Origin: Bacillota bacterium | GTDB lineage: Bacteria; Bacillota; Dehalobacteriia; UBA4068 | Direction: 5' to 3' | Assembly (NCBI GenBank): GCA_050949225.1 | Contig: JBMNFI010000002.1 | Span: 125,003 to 189,002, forward strand | Length of the DNA stretch: 64,000 nt | Shown: positions 18,969 through 30,500 of the stretch, in pieces | Layout: each line of letters starts with the position of its first letter | How positions within the stretch are numbered: position 1 is the stretch's first letter | Translations under genes and position numbers: made by a program | Notes under the pieces: generated by a model | What the model was told of the DNA's origin: nothing | Databases searched by the model: none | Seen by the model: the letters and a program-made list of their open reading frames with translations, nothing else

Positions 18969-20363
18969 ATGAAATACTATGGATATGACAAACCTTTTAT
19001 CGATCATGATTATATTGAAGAGCTGTTGGAAAAAGGCCAACATCCTGATGATCAGGAAATCAGCAGAATTTTGGATAAGGCCGACAGTTTTCAAGGCCTG
19101 ACACATCAGGAAGTAGCGGCTTTACTGTGTACAGATAAAAAAGAACATCTCGAGAGGATTTTCGAGGTGGCGGGCAAAATCAAGCATAGGGTTTATGGGG
19201 ATAGAATTGTGATGTTTGCTCCTTTATATATTAGTGATTATTGCATTAATAAATGTTTATACTGCGGCTTTCGCAGTGATCATGAATATGAGCGGACAAA
19301 ATTATCCCTTGATGAAATACGGGAAGAAGTTCGTCTGTTGGAGGCAATGGGTCATAAACGTTTGGCACTGGAGGCGGGTGAGGATCCTCGGAATTGCCCC
19401 ATTGATTATGTGCTTGATGCCTTGAAAGCTATTTATGAAATTAAATTTGATAATGGGGATATCAGAAGAGCCAATATCAATATAGCAGCCACTACTGTTG
19501 AAGATTATCGTAAATTGCATGAGGCAGGCATCGGCACGTATATTCTCTTTCAGGAAACATATCATCGTCCTACGTATGAAAGAGTACATGTTGCAGGTCC
19601 TAAGAGTGATTACTTTTACCATTTGACAGCCTTTGACCGTGCACAACAGGCTGGCATTGATGATGTGGGTGCCGGGGTACTTTTCGGTTTATATGATTAT
19701 CGCTTTGAAGTTATTGCTATGATGATGCATGGTGAACATTTAGAAAGAGAATATGGAGTTGGTTTTCATACTATTTCCGTGCCACGTATTCGTGAGGCGG
19801 ACGGAGCAGACTTTTCAGTGGCAGAATATATTCCCACTGACGAGGACTTCTTGAAACTGGTAGCAATTTTGCGTTTGGCTGTTCCTTATACAGGAATGAT
19901 TATCTCTACACGTGAGTCTGTGGAAATGCGCAAAAAGCTGATCTCGATTGGCGTATCACAGGTTAGCGGGGGGTCAACTGTTGAAGTTGGCGGCTACAGT
20001 AAAAGGGAAAATAATTCTTCCCAATTTGAGGTTGTAGATTCTCGCCCCAGTTCAGAGATTATTGATTGGTTAATGGATGAGGGGGTCGTGCCGAGTTTTT
20101 GTACGGCTTGCTATCGTAAAGGGCGTACCGGCGATCGTTTTATGCGCTTGGCAAAAACAGGCAACATTAAAAACATTTGCCTGCCAAATGCTTTAATGAC
20201 CTTGGTTGAATATGCAGAGGATTATGGCGATGAAGCATTTAAAGAAAGAACTGATCGTCTGATTAAAAAACAGCTGCCGCAGATAGATAGTGATGCTATG
20301 CGTGAGCAGACAGCGGATTACATTGCTCGCATCAGAGCCGGTGAAAGAGATCTTTATGTTTAG
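18969..20363 (+). CDS. hydG: [FeFe]-hydrogenase H-cluster radical SAM maturase HydG
   Basis: CINKCLYC radical SAM motif, LFQETYH, HTISVPR, C-terminal SFCTACYR...C.PNA auxiliary cluster motif (separates it from ThiH); RBS CAGGAGG. Confidence 0.9.
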   Translation: MKYYGYDKPFIDHDYIEELLEKGQHPDDQEISRILDKADSFQGLTHQEVAALLCTDKKEHLERIFEVAGKIKHRVYGDRIVMFAPLYISDYCINKCLYCGFRSDHEYERTKLSLDEIREEVRLLEAMGHKRLALEAGEDPRNCPIDYVLDALKAIYEIKFDNGDIRRANINIAATTVEDYRKLHEAGIGTYILFQETYHRPTYERVHVAGPKSDYFYHLTAFDRAQQAGIDDVGAGVLFGLYDYRFEVIAMMMHGEHLEREYGVGFHTISVPRIREADGADFSVAEYIPTDEDFLKLVAILRLAVPYTGMIISTRESVEMRKKLISIGVSQVSGGSTVEVGGYSKRENNSSQFEVVDSRPSSEIIDWLMDEGVVPSFCTACYRKGRTGDRFMRLAKTGNIKNICLPNALMTLVEYAEDYGDEAFKERTDRLIKKQLPQIDSDAMREQTADYIARIRAGERDLYV

Positions 20364-20395
20364 ACCTAAAACTTCTTAAATATATATAAACTTAC

Positions 20396-20427
20396 AAAGA
20401 AACGCACGGATTTCCGTGCGTTTCTTT
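20396..20427 (+). terminator. Terminator after hydG
   Basis: AAAGAAACGCACGGA-TT-TCCGTGCGTTTCTTT. Confidence 0.8.
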
Positions 20428-20914
20428 ATAAGTTGGCGAAAACAAGGATGTATTTGCTATGTTTAGCTCGTTATTAATTCCTAATAGAGGGGTGTGTTTT
20501 TACGATAGACTCTACCTATATAGTAGTGTGTCGTCTCTTAATTAAGGATTATAAAGGTACTGATCCCGGTTGGGTAAACTTGCCCCTTGCAAGTATTTTA
20601 TCAAAAGCTTAGAAATTAACAAGAGGTTTTTAATAACGAACCAAAACAATGGGGAATATTTTAACTCTTTGTAATTTAATCTCGACAAAAAAGAGGACAG
20701 TAGAAGATAAAAAGGACATTGCCGCAACAATTATCGATTGCCATTTGACTTTATGCGGTTCGGATTGGCTTGGCAAACAATTATCATATAGATCCCATTG
20801 AATTTTTAGGGCTGCTCTTTTAAAGTGAAGTTATATGCTTTTAGTTATTGCAGCATCCAAGATGATTATCTTAAAAAAAACAGATGATGACAAATAATGA
20901 CAAAATAAAGGATA

Positions 20915-20943
20915 TTGACAAAAGTGCTTAGTCATTATATGAT
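20915..20943 (+). promoter_or_regulatory. sigmaA promoter
   Basis: TTGACA-N17-TATGAT. Confidence 0.7.
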
Positions 20944-20975
20944 TATGAATGAAAAATAAATATGTTATGCTTTTG

Positions 20976-21102
20976 TATTAAAGGGGAGTAGTTTTAATAT
21001 ATCATCAACAATCCCGATTACTTAGTAATCTGGTGATATGTGCCGTTATTCCGGTTACAAGACTTTTAATATAGCCCGGTTGGCTATATTAAAAGTCTTT
21101 TC
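20976..21102 (+). ncRNA. yybP-ykoY (Mn2+-sensing) riboswitch with terminator expression platform
   Basis: AAGGGGAGTAG ... ACAAGACTTT; P1 TATTAAAGG/CTTTTAATA competes with terminator AAGACTTTTAATATAGCC/GGCTATATTAAAAGTCTT (ON switch); precedes a P-type ATPase. Confidence 0.82.
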
Positions 21103-21129
21103 TAATATAATAGTAATAAGGAGTGTAAG

Positions 21130-23769
21130 ATGAAGCAATATTTTAATAAAACAAAAGAAGAAGTTCTTCAGGAATTTAATGTAGACAAGCAGGGCTTATC
21201 CGATAAACAGGTTGCAGAAAATCTTAAACGATACGGACTGAATGCTTTGCAGGAGGAAAAAAAGGCTTCTGTCTTACAGATTTTTATGGGGCAGTTTAAG
21301 GATCTGCTGGTTGTCATTTTAATTGTGGCTGCCATTATCTCTTTTATCTCAAATAGCAGTGAAAGCACAATTGTAATTCTTGCGGTAATTGTTTTAAATG
21401 CCGTACTTGGCACAGTGCAGCACTTTAAAGCGGAAAAATCTTTAGAGAGCCTAAAGGCCCTTTCGTCACCTATCGCAAAAGTGTTTCGTAATAATATTAA
21501 GATGGAAATCCCCAGTAGCGAAATTTTGCCGGGCGATATTATTCTTTTGGAGGCCGGCGATTTAGTGGTTGCCGATGGGCGTATTTTGGAAAACTTCTCC
21601 TTACAGGTTAATGAAAGTTCTTTAACTGGTGAGTCGGAAGGTGTTTATAAAATCGATGAAGCTATCAATCAAGATCAGGTTCCGTTAGGCGATCAAATCA
21701 ATATGGTTTTTTCCGGTTCTTTGGTGACTTATGGTCGAGCGATCGTACTGGTTACGGCTACCGGTATGCAAACAGAGCTGGGGAAAATAGCGGCTTTGAT
21801 GAACGCTACGAAAGAAAAGAAAACACCTCTGCAGATCAGTTTAGACAATTTCAGTAAAAAACTGGCTATCTTAATTATGCTTATCTGCGTGATTGTTTTT
21901 GCTTTGAGCATTTACCGTGAGATGCCGATTATTGATGCTATGATGTTTGCGGTAGCCTTAGCAGTGGCCGCTATACCGGAGGCCCTGGGTTCGATAGTTA
22001 CTATCGTTTTGGCGATGGGAACGCAAAAAATGGCTAAGGAAAATGCTGTTATTAAGGAATTAAAGGCCGTGGAAAGTTTAGGCTCGGTTTCCGTTATTTG
22101 TTCTGATAAAACCGGTACTTTGACACAAAACAAAATGACTGCCCAGAAGGTCTTTGTTGATGGACAGGTCTTAGATGGTGAGGATTTAAAAATTACTGAA
22201 AATCCTGCACACAAATATCTGATAGATGCGGCCGTTTTAGCCAATGATGCTACAGTAGCGGAAGGAAAAGAAATTGGTGATCCAACGGAGCTGGCTTTAG
22301 TTGTGCTGGCACGTAAGCTTAATTTAGATGAAAGCATCTATCGTAACGAATGTTTACGTCATGCCGAATTGGCTTTTGATTCCGAGCGTAAATTAATGAG
22401 CACCCTACATAATGTAGAGGGGAAAACTATGATGTTTACCAAGGGTGCTTTGGATGTCTTATTACAGCGTTCCACACATATTGCCACCTCTAAAGGTAAA
22501 AGACTTCTTACCGAGGCGGACAGGAACTTTATCCTCAACACCAATAAATGGTTGTCAGGACAGGGCTTGAGGGTTTTATCTTTTGCGTATAAAGAGTGTA
22601 ATGGGACTTGTAGCTTGTGTTTAGAGGATGAGAAAGAGTTAGTCTTTTTAGGTTTGATTTCCATGATGGATCCACCGCGGCCGGAATCTGTTCAGGCCGT
22701 TGCTGATGCTAAAATGGCCGGGATCAAAACGATAATGATCACCGGTGATCACAAGATTACCGCAACAGCGATTGCGCAACAAATAGGTATTTTTGATGAA
22801 GGCGATATCGCCATTGAAGGGCGGGAGATAGATGCTCTTTCCAACGCTGAGCTGGATAAAAAACTATCACATATCTCCGTTTATGCGCGCGTCTCTCCGG
22901 AGCATAAAATCCGCATTGTGGAGGCCTGGCAAAGATGCGGCAATATTGTGGCAATGACCGGGGATGGGGTCAATGATGCGCCGGCGCTGAAAAAGGCGGA
23001 TATTGGTGTTGCCATGGGAATCACCGGGACCGAGGTTTCAAAGGATGCTTCAGCGATGATTTTGGCTGATGATAATTTCGCAACGATTGTTAAAGCGGTA
23101 GCTAATGGACGAAACGTTTTTACTTCTATTAAAAATGCTATTCAATTTTTGCTCTCCGGCAACACTTCCGGTATTTTAGTGGTATTATACGCTTCATTGG
23201 CCGCATTACCTGTGCCCTTTGCGGCGGTACATTTATTGTTTATTAATTTGGTGACAGATAGTTTACCTGCGCTTGCTATAGGGATGGAGCCACCTTCAGG
23301 GCATTTGCTTAAACAAAAACCCAGAAATCCTAAACAGGGGATTTTAAACAAGGATTTTTTAAGAAAAATTTTGGTGCAGGGTGCGATCATAGGTTTTTTT
23401 ACTCTCATGGCATATTATATGGGATTGAGGCAAGGTGGAGCGGCTTTGGCAACTACCATGGCTTTTTCAACTTTAACTTTAGCACGCTTGTTTCATGGCT
23501 TTAACTGTCGCAGTGATAAATCCATGCTGCGGTTAGGAATTCGTTCCAACTTGTCTAGTTTATGGGCATTTTTAGCCGGCTTTGTTATTCTGCATGCGGT
23601 TTTATTTGTGCCGATGCTGCAGAAGCTGTTTTTGGTACAACCTCTTAACAATACGCAGCTGTTATTTATCTATTTATTTGCTTTTTGTCCTACTTTGATT
23701 ATTCAGTCTTATAAGGTTGCTAAAGAGGCTTGGGAAGGCAGCAAAAGTTCGTATCCAGCTTCGGGATAA
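21130..23769 (+). CDS. P2-type cation-translocating ATPase (Ca2+/Mn2+ exporter)
   Basis: LTGES, IPEAL, DKTGTLT, KGA, DPPR, TGDGVNDAPALK. Confidence 0.93.
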   Translation: MKQYFNKTKEEVLQEFNVDKQGLSDKQVAENLKRYGLNALQEEKKASVLQIFMGQFKDLLVVILIVAAIISFISNSSESTIVILAVIVLNAVLGTVQHFKAEKSLESLKALSSPIAKVFRNNIKMEIPSSEILPGDIILLEAGDLVVADGRILENFSLQVNESSLTGESEGVYKIDEAINQDQVPLGDQINMVFSGSLVTYGRAIVLVTATGMQTELGKIAALMNATKEKKTPLQISLDNFSKKLAILIMLICVIVFALSIYREMPIIDAMMFAVALAVAAIPEALGSIVTIVLAMGTQKMAKENAVIKELKAVESLGSVSVICSDKTGTLTQNKMTAQKVFVDGQVLDGEDLKITENPAHKYLIDAAVLANDATVAEGKEIGDPTELALVVLARKLNLDESIYRNECLRHAELAFDSERKLMSTLHNVEGKTMMFTKGALDVLLQRSTHIATSKGKRLLTEADRNFILNTNKWLSGQGLRVLSFAYKECNGTCSLCLEDEKELVFLGLISMMDPPRPESVQAVADAKMAGIKTIMITGDHKITATAIAQQIGIFDEGDIAIEGREIDALSNAELDKKLSHISVYARVSPEHKIRIVEAWQRCGNIVAMTGDGVNDAPALKKADIGVAMGITGTEVSKDASAMILADDNFATIVKAVANGRNVFTSIKNAIQFLLSGNTSGILVVLYASLAALPVPFAAVHLLFINLVTDSLPALAIGMEPPSGHLLKQKPRNPKQGILNKDFLRKILVQGAIIGFFTLMAYYMGLRQGGAALATTMAFSTLTLARLFHGFNCRSDKSMLRLGIRSNLSSLWAFLAGFVILHAVLFVPMLQKLFLVQPLNNTQLLFIYLFAFCPTLIIQSYKVAKEAWEGSKSSYPASG

Positions 23770-24107
23770 TGGTAGCACTTTGAATCCTTATAAGGTTTGT
23801 AGATCTTAAACAGTTTACGAAGAGCAAAAAAGCGGAAGTTTTAAATGTTCTTTACATATCAAGTTTCCTTTGCTATAATGATTTACGGCAAATATCGTAA
23901 TAGAAATAGAAATAGTTATCAAGACTTCTATTGCTAATTACTATAGTGGTTAGGAGTTATATTATAAGCATATAAGACAAGCTTTATTAAAAAAATAAAG
24001 CTTGTCTTTAACTTTTTTGCACAGTTTAACATATTTTTTCATAAGTAATATTACAGTACTCTAATGAATAGTTTTAAAGAAAATCCGGAGAAGATGTAGG
24101 TTGAAAA

Positions 24108-24133
24108 ATAATTTCCATTAATAATTTCCATTA
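24108..24133 (+). repeat. 13-bp perfect tandem direct repeat upstream of promoter
   Basis: ATAATTTCCATTA x2, ending 15 bp before the -35 box. Confidence 0.8.
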
Positions 24134-24148
24134 TTAGTTAAATGACTA

Positions 24149-24177
24149 TTGACATTTTTTATTTCGCCGTATATAAT
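24149..24177 (+). promoter_or_regulatory. Consensus sigmaA promoter
   Basis: TTGACA-N17-TATAAT. Confidence 0.8.
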
Positions 24178-24294
24178 CATATTCACATATTACATAATAC
24201 GTATAGCCTAAAATGCAGAAACGTCTTTATTTGTTGATAATATAGCTTTTTAGGTTTTTATATGAGCAAAAATAAATTTATATAATGTTAGGAG

Positions 24295-25068
24295 TTGTTG
24301 ATAATGTTTAAAAACAAATTAAACACCCGCTTGAAAAAAGCAGCAGCCATTGTTCTTTTTACAGCTGTTATTTTTAGCGCATCCGTAGTCTTTGCCTCGG
24401 AAATAGTTCAATGGGGCGGTGAATCTGATGTTGATCGTATCAGACAAAACCTTACCACGCTGGATTTAAAACTTGAGGAAAACCAAAATACCATCGAGAA
24501 CCTGCAAAACCAGCTTTCAAATGGCTCGAACAGTTTAATACAAAAAGAGAATGAGCTTACTGAGCTGCGTAATACTGTCGATTCACTTAATGCACAAATA
24601 GGTGTGCTGGGGAATCAAATTGGTGATCTTAATAACACTATTGCCTATTGGCAAAATCAAGTTACAGACAGAGACAACACTATTAATAGCAAGGATCAGA
24701 TAATTGCTGCAAAGGATCAAGAAATAGCTGCTAAACAGCAAGAAATCAATGATAAGCAGGCACAACTTAATGCTAAAGAAACAGAGCTTAATAACAAACA
24801 AGCAGAGCTTAATGCTAAACAGCAAGAGCTTAATGCCAAGCAAACAGAAGTAAATGACAAAATAGCTGAAATCAATGCTTTAAACGGGCAGCTTACCACA
24901 GCTCAAAATGAAAAAGCTAGCTTGCAAGCCCAAAATCAAGCACTTCAGGAGCAGCTTAATAGTGCCAATACCGCTAAGAGTGATGCTGATCAAAAACTTA
25001 ATAAGGCCAGAAGTGATGTTCATGATCTCGCTGATGAGTCTGATAGTATTGTTGCTAAATACAACTAA
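24295..25068 (+). CDS. Secreted coiled-coil protein of unknown function
   Basis: Signal peptide ending VFA; almost continuous heptads; own promoter and terminator-like hairpin (about 25090-25120). Confidence 0.8.
   Translation: MLIMFKNKLNTRLKKAAAIVLFTAVIFSASVVFASEIVQWGGESDVDRIRQNLTTLDLKLEENQNTIENLQNQLSNGSNSLIQKENELTELRNTVDSLNAQIGVLGNQIGDLNNTIAYWQNQVTDRDNTINSKDQIIAAKDQEIAAKQQEINDKQAQLNAKETELNNKQAELNAKQQELNAKQTEVNDKIAEINALNGQLTTAQNEKASLQAQNQALQEQLNSANTAKSDADQKLNKARSDVHDLADESDSIVAKYN
24685..24873 (+). repeat. About 9 degenerate 21-bp coding repeats (heptad NAKQQEL)
   Basis: aatgctaaagaaacagagctt / aataacaaacaagcagagctt / aatgctaaacagcaagagctt etc. Confidence 0.8.
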
Positions 25069-25812
25069 ACATACTTATAGATGCTTTTTAAGCGCCCTTT
25101 GGAAACGGAGGGCGTTTAACTTTTTTATAAAGCTGCTTTTGGATTATGATAGATTGTATATGCACAGGAGTAAAGTTGCTGTATATAACATTAATCATTA
25201 TTTAGGATAACAGGAATATATCAGGGCATAAAAATTTGTGTAACGTTAGGAGATTTTAACATAGTTAGCCATGCCGTCACCGACAAAAAAATCAAAAATG
25301 AAAAAACAAATAGAGACCTTGAAAAGATAAATGACTCATCGCCGGGAGAGGCAGTCGCTAAAAGCCGGGTCTTTAATGGTGAAGGCAAAGTCTAATGGGC
25401 GTGTACAGTTAAGCATATTAAAAGAGAGATGATAAATGACGTAGACAACCGAGAACAACATGGTCTGATTTTTTCTGTTTTAATTGATGTTTTTATATAA
25501 AAGCTTATTTCTGAAAAGATAATTATTTGCCTAGAAACAATAAAGGTGATTATGAAAATTAAAAAACTTATAGGCGTAAATAAAAGGCTGGCACGTTTAA
25601 TCCGGGTGTTGTTATTTATGATATATTTAAAAGGATAGATAACCATTCAATATCTTTGATAAAATAGGACCTTTTTGTTGAAAATGACGACAAAATATGA
25701 TATCGTTATTTATGATATACATCTGTGAATATCCCCGCTTTTGCAAAAGTGGGGATAATAATATTTCAGATGAGAAAATCACGGTATTTAATCTATTTTT
25801 GGAGGCTATATT

Positions 25813-27414
25813 ATGGAAACAAAATTTATTTTTGTTACAGGAGGGGTGGTTTCCTCTCTAGGGAAAGGAATCACCGCAGCATCTTTAGGACGGCTTTTAA
25901 AATGCCGTGGTTTTAAGGTTGTAAACCAAAAAATAGATCCTTATATAAATGTAGATCCGGGAACTATGAGTCCTTATCAGCATGGCGAGGTTTTTGTTAC
26001 TGATGATGGGGCAGAGACAGATTTGGATTTAGGTCATTATGAACGCTTTATTGATGAAAACCTTAGCCGTGTACATAGCATAACCGCTGGTGCCGTTTAT
26101 TTGGCTGTTATTGATAAAGAAAGACGAGGAGAATATTTGGGACGAACTGTCCAGGTTATACCACATGTAACAACGCAAATTAAAGAATGTGTTTTGGCTG
26201 CTGCCAAAGATAATCCCGATTTTGTGATTAGTGAAATCGGCGGAACTGTGGGCGATATAGAAGGTTTGCCTTTTTTGGAGGCTGCTCGCCAATTGCGCAT
26301 GGAGTTGGGTTCGGAAAGATGCTTGTTTATCCATGTGACTTTGGTACCCTTTTTATCCGCGGCGGGTGAGGCAAAAACAAAGCCCACACAGCATAGCGTT
26401 AAGGAATTACGTGCTATTGGTATTCATCCGGCCATTATTGTTTGTCGGGCTGATCGTCCTTTGACGCAAGAAATGAGAGAGAAGATCTCCTTATTTTGCG
26501 ATGTCGATAAAGATGCCGTGATCGTTAATAATGATGCAAAAACGCTTTATGAAGTGCCTCTTTTATTAGAAAAACAGGGTTTAGATTCTTTGGTCTGTAA
26601 GATTTTACGAGTTGATGCACCTAAGGCCGACTTGTCGCAATGGCGGGCGATGGTTGATATACAAAAATCTGTGACCAAGAAGGTTTCTATCGCATTGGTG
26701 GGAAAATATGTGGAACTCCCTGATGCCTATTTAAGTGTGGCAGAGGCTTTGGCTCATGGTGGGATTGCCAATAAAGTAGCTGTAGATATTCGCTGGATTA
26801 TGGCTGAGACCATAAATTATGATAATGCGGCAGAGATCTTAAAAGATGTTGATGGCATTTTGGTTCCCGGTGGTTTTGGAGAAAGGGGTCTTGAGGGAAA
26901 AATTGCCGCTATTAATTATGCGCGGATTAATAATATTCCTTTTTTCGGGATTTGCCTGGGGATGCAATTGATGGCCATTGAGTTTGCACGCAATGTGCTT
27001 GGTTTTAAAGAGGCTCATTCTACAGAGATTGATAAAAACACTCCATATCCGATTATTGATTTGACGGATGAACAACGTGGTATTAGTGATGTGAGCTCTC
27101 CCATGCGGTTAGGTTTGTATGATTGTCATTTATTACCGGGTACTTTATCGGCCGCCGCTTATGGTGTGAGTGATATTCAGGAGAGACATCGGCATCGTTA
27201 TGAGTTTAATAATAAATATCGAGAGGACGTAGAAAGGGCAGGATTTAAAATTGCCGGTATTAATCGACAATGTGATTTAGTAGAGATTTTGGAACTGCCC
27301 GCTCACCCTTGGTATGTTGGAGTGCAATTTCATCCGGAGTTTAAGTCCAGACCCAATCGGGTGCATCCTTTGTTTGAGGCTTTTATTGCTGCCGCAGAAA
27401 AGGGTGGAAAATAG
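25813..27414 (+). CDS. pyrG: CTP synthase
   Basis: [40 protein letters not shown]. Confidence 0.97.
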   Translation: METKFIFVTGGVVSSLGKGITAASLGRLLKCRGFKVVNQKIDPYINVDPGTMSPYQHGEVFVTDDGAETDLDLGHYERFIDENLSRVHSITAGAVYLAVIDKERRGEYLGRTVQVIPHVTTQIKECVLAAAKDNPDFVISEIGGTVGDIEGLPFLEAARQLRMELGSERCLFIHVTLVPFLSAAGEAKTKPTQHSVKELRAIGIHPAIIVCRADRPLTQEMREKISLFCDVDKDAVIVNNDAKTLYEVPLLLEKQGLDSLVCKILRVDAPKADLSQWRAMVDIQKSVTKKVSIALVGKYVELPDAYLSVAEALAHGGIANKVAVDIRWIMAETINYDNAAEILKDVDGILVPGGFGERGLEGKIAAINYARINNIPFFGICLGMQLMAIEFARNVLGFKEAHSTEIDKNTPYPIIDLTDEQRGISDVSSPMRLGLYDCHLLPGTLSAAAYGVSDIQERHRHRYEFNNKYREDVERAGFKIAGINRQCDLVEILELPAHPWYVGVQFHPEFKSRPNRVHPLFEAFIAAAEKGGK

Positions 27415-27516
27415 AAAACAGCCTCTCTTATTGAAAAGAGTGGTTTTTCATCTTGGAAACATTATGGATCTTTGTCTAGTCTACTTTAGACATAGTTGTA
27501 GTTGAGGAGTTTTAGT

Positions 27517-30500
27517 ATGAAAGTAAAGCATTATTTATTAGGAGGAATAATTGTTTTAGTGGTTGTTTTGTTAGCTGCTTTTTTGTTGACGAACGCTAAA
27601 GAAATTCCTTTGGCTTATGCTTCTGAAGCTAAGATGCAGGCCAGCATGAGTGATGCTGCAGGTGTTGACACCATAACAGCCTTTACCCTTAAATTTAAGC
27701 ATGAAATTAGTCCTTCAGCCATTAGACGCTACTTGAGTGTGGAGCCTAAGGTTAAGCTTGCTGTACATAGAGGCTCTGATAAAAATGAAATTCTGGTGGT
27801 TCCCGAGGATGCTTTAGCCGAGGGAGAGGTTTATAAGTTCACCTTAATGGCGGAAAACAACACTGCTTTTAAATGGGCTTTCCAAACCAAAAGCTCGGTT
27901 CAGGTGATGGAAATAAGCCCACTTAACCAAGCCGTTGAAGTTGCAACTGATAGCGATATAAAAGTATCGTTTAACTATGCCGGGCTGCAAGAGGCGGAAA
28001 ATTATTTTATTACCGATCCGCTGGTCAATGGTCGTTTTGAAAAAGAGGATAACATCTTAAAGTTTATTCCCGAAGACCCACTTCATCCACAAACTGTTTA
28101 TACAATTACTATTAAGGCAGGTCTGCCTTTGGCTAATAGTGATCAGGTTCTGGAAAAGGATTACACCTTTTCCTTCCAGACGGGTAAAGAAAAAGAAAAT
28201 CAAGATATAAATTGGAAAATTAGTAGCCCTTCTCAGGCCTTTGCCAGTGAACAGGTGCCGACTTTTGATGTTGAAATTAATGAAAAAGTGGATCGAGAGC
28301 CCTTGTTTTTACCGATAAGAATTTATCAGTTGGCTTCGGCAAAGGACTTTGCTGAGGCTATGCTAAAGAAGGCTTCTGCCTCTCCCTTTTGGGCTAAACA
28401 ATATCAAACCGTTTACGGATTGGAGAAGAATTCTTTGGCAGAAGTGATGAATGTATTTTTACCTGTGAACAAAAACCAAGAGCAAGGGGCTGATTACGTA
28501 AGATTACCACAGACTTTGCCCCCCGGATACTATCTTTTGGCGGTTGAAAAGGATCAAGAGCTGCAAGAGCTTTTGTTCCAAGTTTCCGATATCAACGCTT
28601 ATGCTTTACCGACCCAAAAAGAAGCAGTGTTTTGGCTCCATGACCAAAAGGGTGCTGCCATTAAAGGAGCTGAGGTTTATGAATATCAAGGGACTAATAA
28701 GGGTCTTACTGATCAGGATGGTCTTTTAAGGCTGTCTTTGACATCCGAAAATGAGCAAGACTTGTCGACGGTAAAAGCCAATAGCGGTAATTTAGTTTTT
28801 ATTGTTAAAAAGAATAAACAGTCATTGGTAATCTTTAACGATTGTCATGAACAGCAGGGTAATGATGCAACAAAAGAATTTTGGAGCTATTTATATAATG
28901 ATAAAAATATTTACAAATCAGGTGACAGCATTAATTTTTGGGGTTTTGTCCAGGCAAGATCTGGCTATGAAGATATAGAGCGGATAAGGATCAGCTTATA
29001 TCGCTATGATCAGAAAGAAGCGGCATTGATGTATGAACGGTTTCCCGTGAAGGATAATTCCTTTGGTGGCTCCTTTACCTTGCCAACCTTAACGGCGGGT
29101 AAGTATTATTTACAGGCGAGTTATGGCAATAAAAAGCTGGCGACGGTTGATTTTGAAGTGGCGGATTTTTCTCAGGCAGCGTATCGTTTGAATGTGCAAA
29201 ATAAAAAGGCCCTTTTATTTGCCGAAAAAGAGGCTGTTTACGATATATCTGCTAAATGTTTTGAGGATACTCCTGTGACTGGTTTAAAGGTAGAAGCGAC
29301 CTTGGAAAACGATGGTTTTCAGAAAACACTGCAAACCGATGCTTTTGGTCATGCCCAGCTAATAGTGCCCACAGAGGCTGATTATAAGGACGATGGTCCC
29401 ATGGAGGATTATCCTTTAGTGAGCTCTCAGAAGCTGAATGTGGAAGCGCAGTCACCTGAAGGCAGAAAGATAAACAGCGACGCCTACTTAGAAGTTCTTA
29501 AATGTGCTGTTGCTGTGGATGGCACCGTTGATTTAAGTGACCAGATGATTAAGGTTTCAGCTACTGTTTATCAAACTGTGTTAAATCAGGTTGCCGCTGA
29601 TGGAGACCCGTTCCATAAGGATCAGGATTTTTTCGGCAAAAGGATATCCGGTCAAGAAGTTGTGGCCAGATTTTACCGACAGGATGTTTTGCGTAGACAG
29701 ATAGGACAGGAATATAATTCTGTAACTGGGACAATAGATCCTATCTATGAATATGACTATCAGTATGTATTGTTAAAGGAGAAAAATTTAATCAGTGACA
29801 AAGAGGGACAGGTAAATGCCGAGTTTGATTGTGTCTATGCTGATTCCGACGATATAGGGTCCGGTTGGGAAATTATCTATGAGAACTCTTCTTTTCAAGT
29901 TGACTTGGTAGTGAAGGACCAAAAGAATCGTATTATGAAAAATAAAATGAAGGTATACCCTGAAGATTGGTATAAAAACAATACCTATAATTGTTATTTA
30001 AGCAGTGATAAACAGTACGGGTATGCGGTGGACGAAAATTTTCAAGTTGCCTTTTTACAGGATGATTCCGAGATGTTTGATCGTAAAAAAGCCTATCTTT
30101 TTGTCACGGCACGCGATGGAATAAAAAATGCGATTGTGCAAGATAGCGCCAAATACGATAGTAAGTTTTTAGAACAAGATGTTCCTAATCTGTGGATTAG
30201 GGGTGTTTACTTTGACGGCGCACAATATCATGATGCCGAGCAGATTCCTATCCAGTCAGATTCTAAGCGGGCGGCTTTAAATGTTGAAATTACTACAGAT
30301 CAAAAAAGCTATTATCCCGGGGAAGAGGCTCAGGTAGTAGTTAATGTTAAAAATGCTCAAGGTTATCCTGTGCAGTCAAAATTATTGATTAGCGTGGTGG
30401 ATGAAGCAGCCTTTGCCGATCAGAGGGATGGCGCCGATATTTTACAGAGTTTGTATGGGAAATATGTGAATGCGGGATTCGGCAATTATTTTACCAGTTA

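Noticed and set aside
18969-20363. ThiH instead of HydG
   Set aside because: Has the C-terminal CxxC...C auxiliary cluster motif and a TM1266 neighbour; no thi genes nearby.
25240-25650. Small ORFs or gene remnant upstream of pyrG
   Set aside because: No convincing RBS or motif; AT-rich, low-information translations.
6543-25700. Possible genomic island integrated at tRNA-Met
   Set aside because: Accessory-looking genes, but no integrase and no duplicated tRNA 3' end seen.
25678-25812. pyrG reiterative-transcription attenuator
   Set aside because: A hairpin (ATCCCCGCTTTT/AAAAGTGGGGAT) exists, but there is no GGGC start or U-tract.
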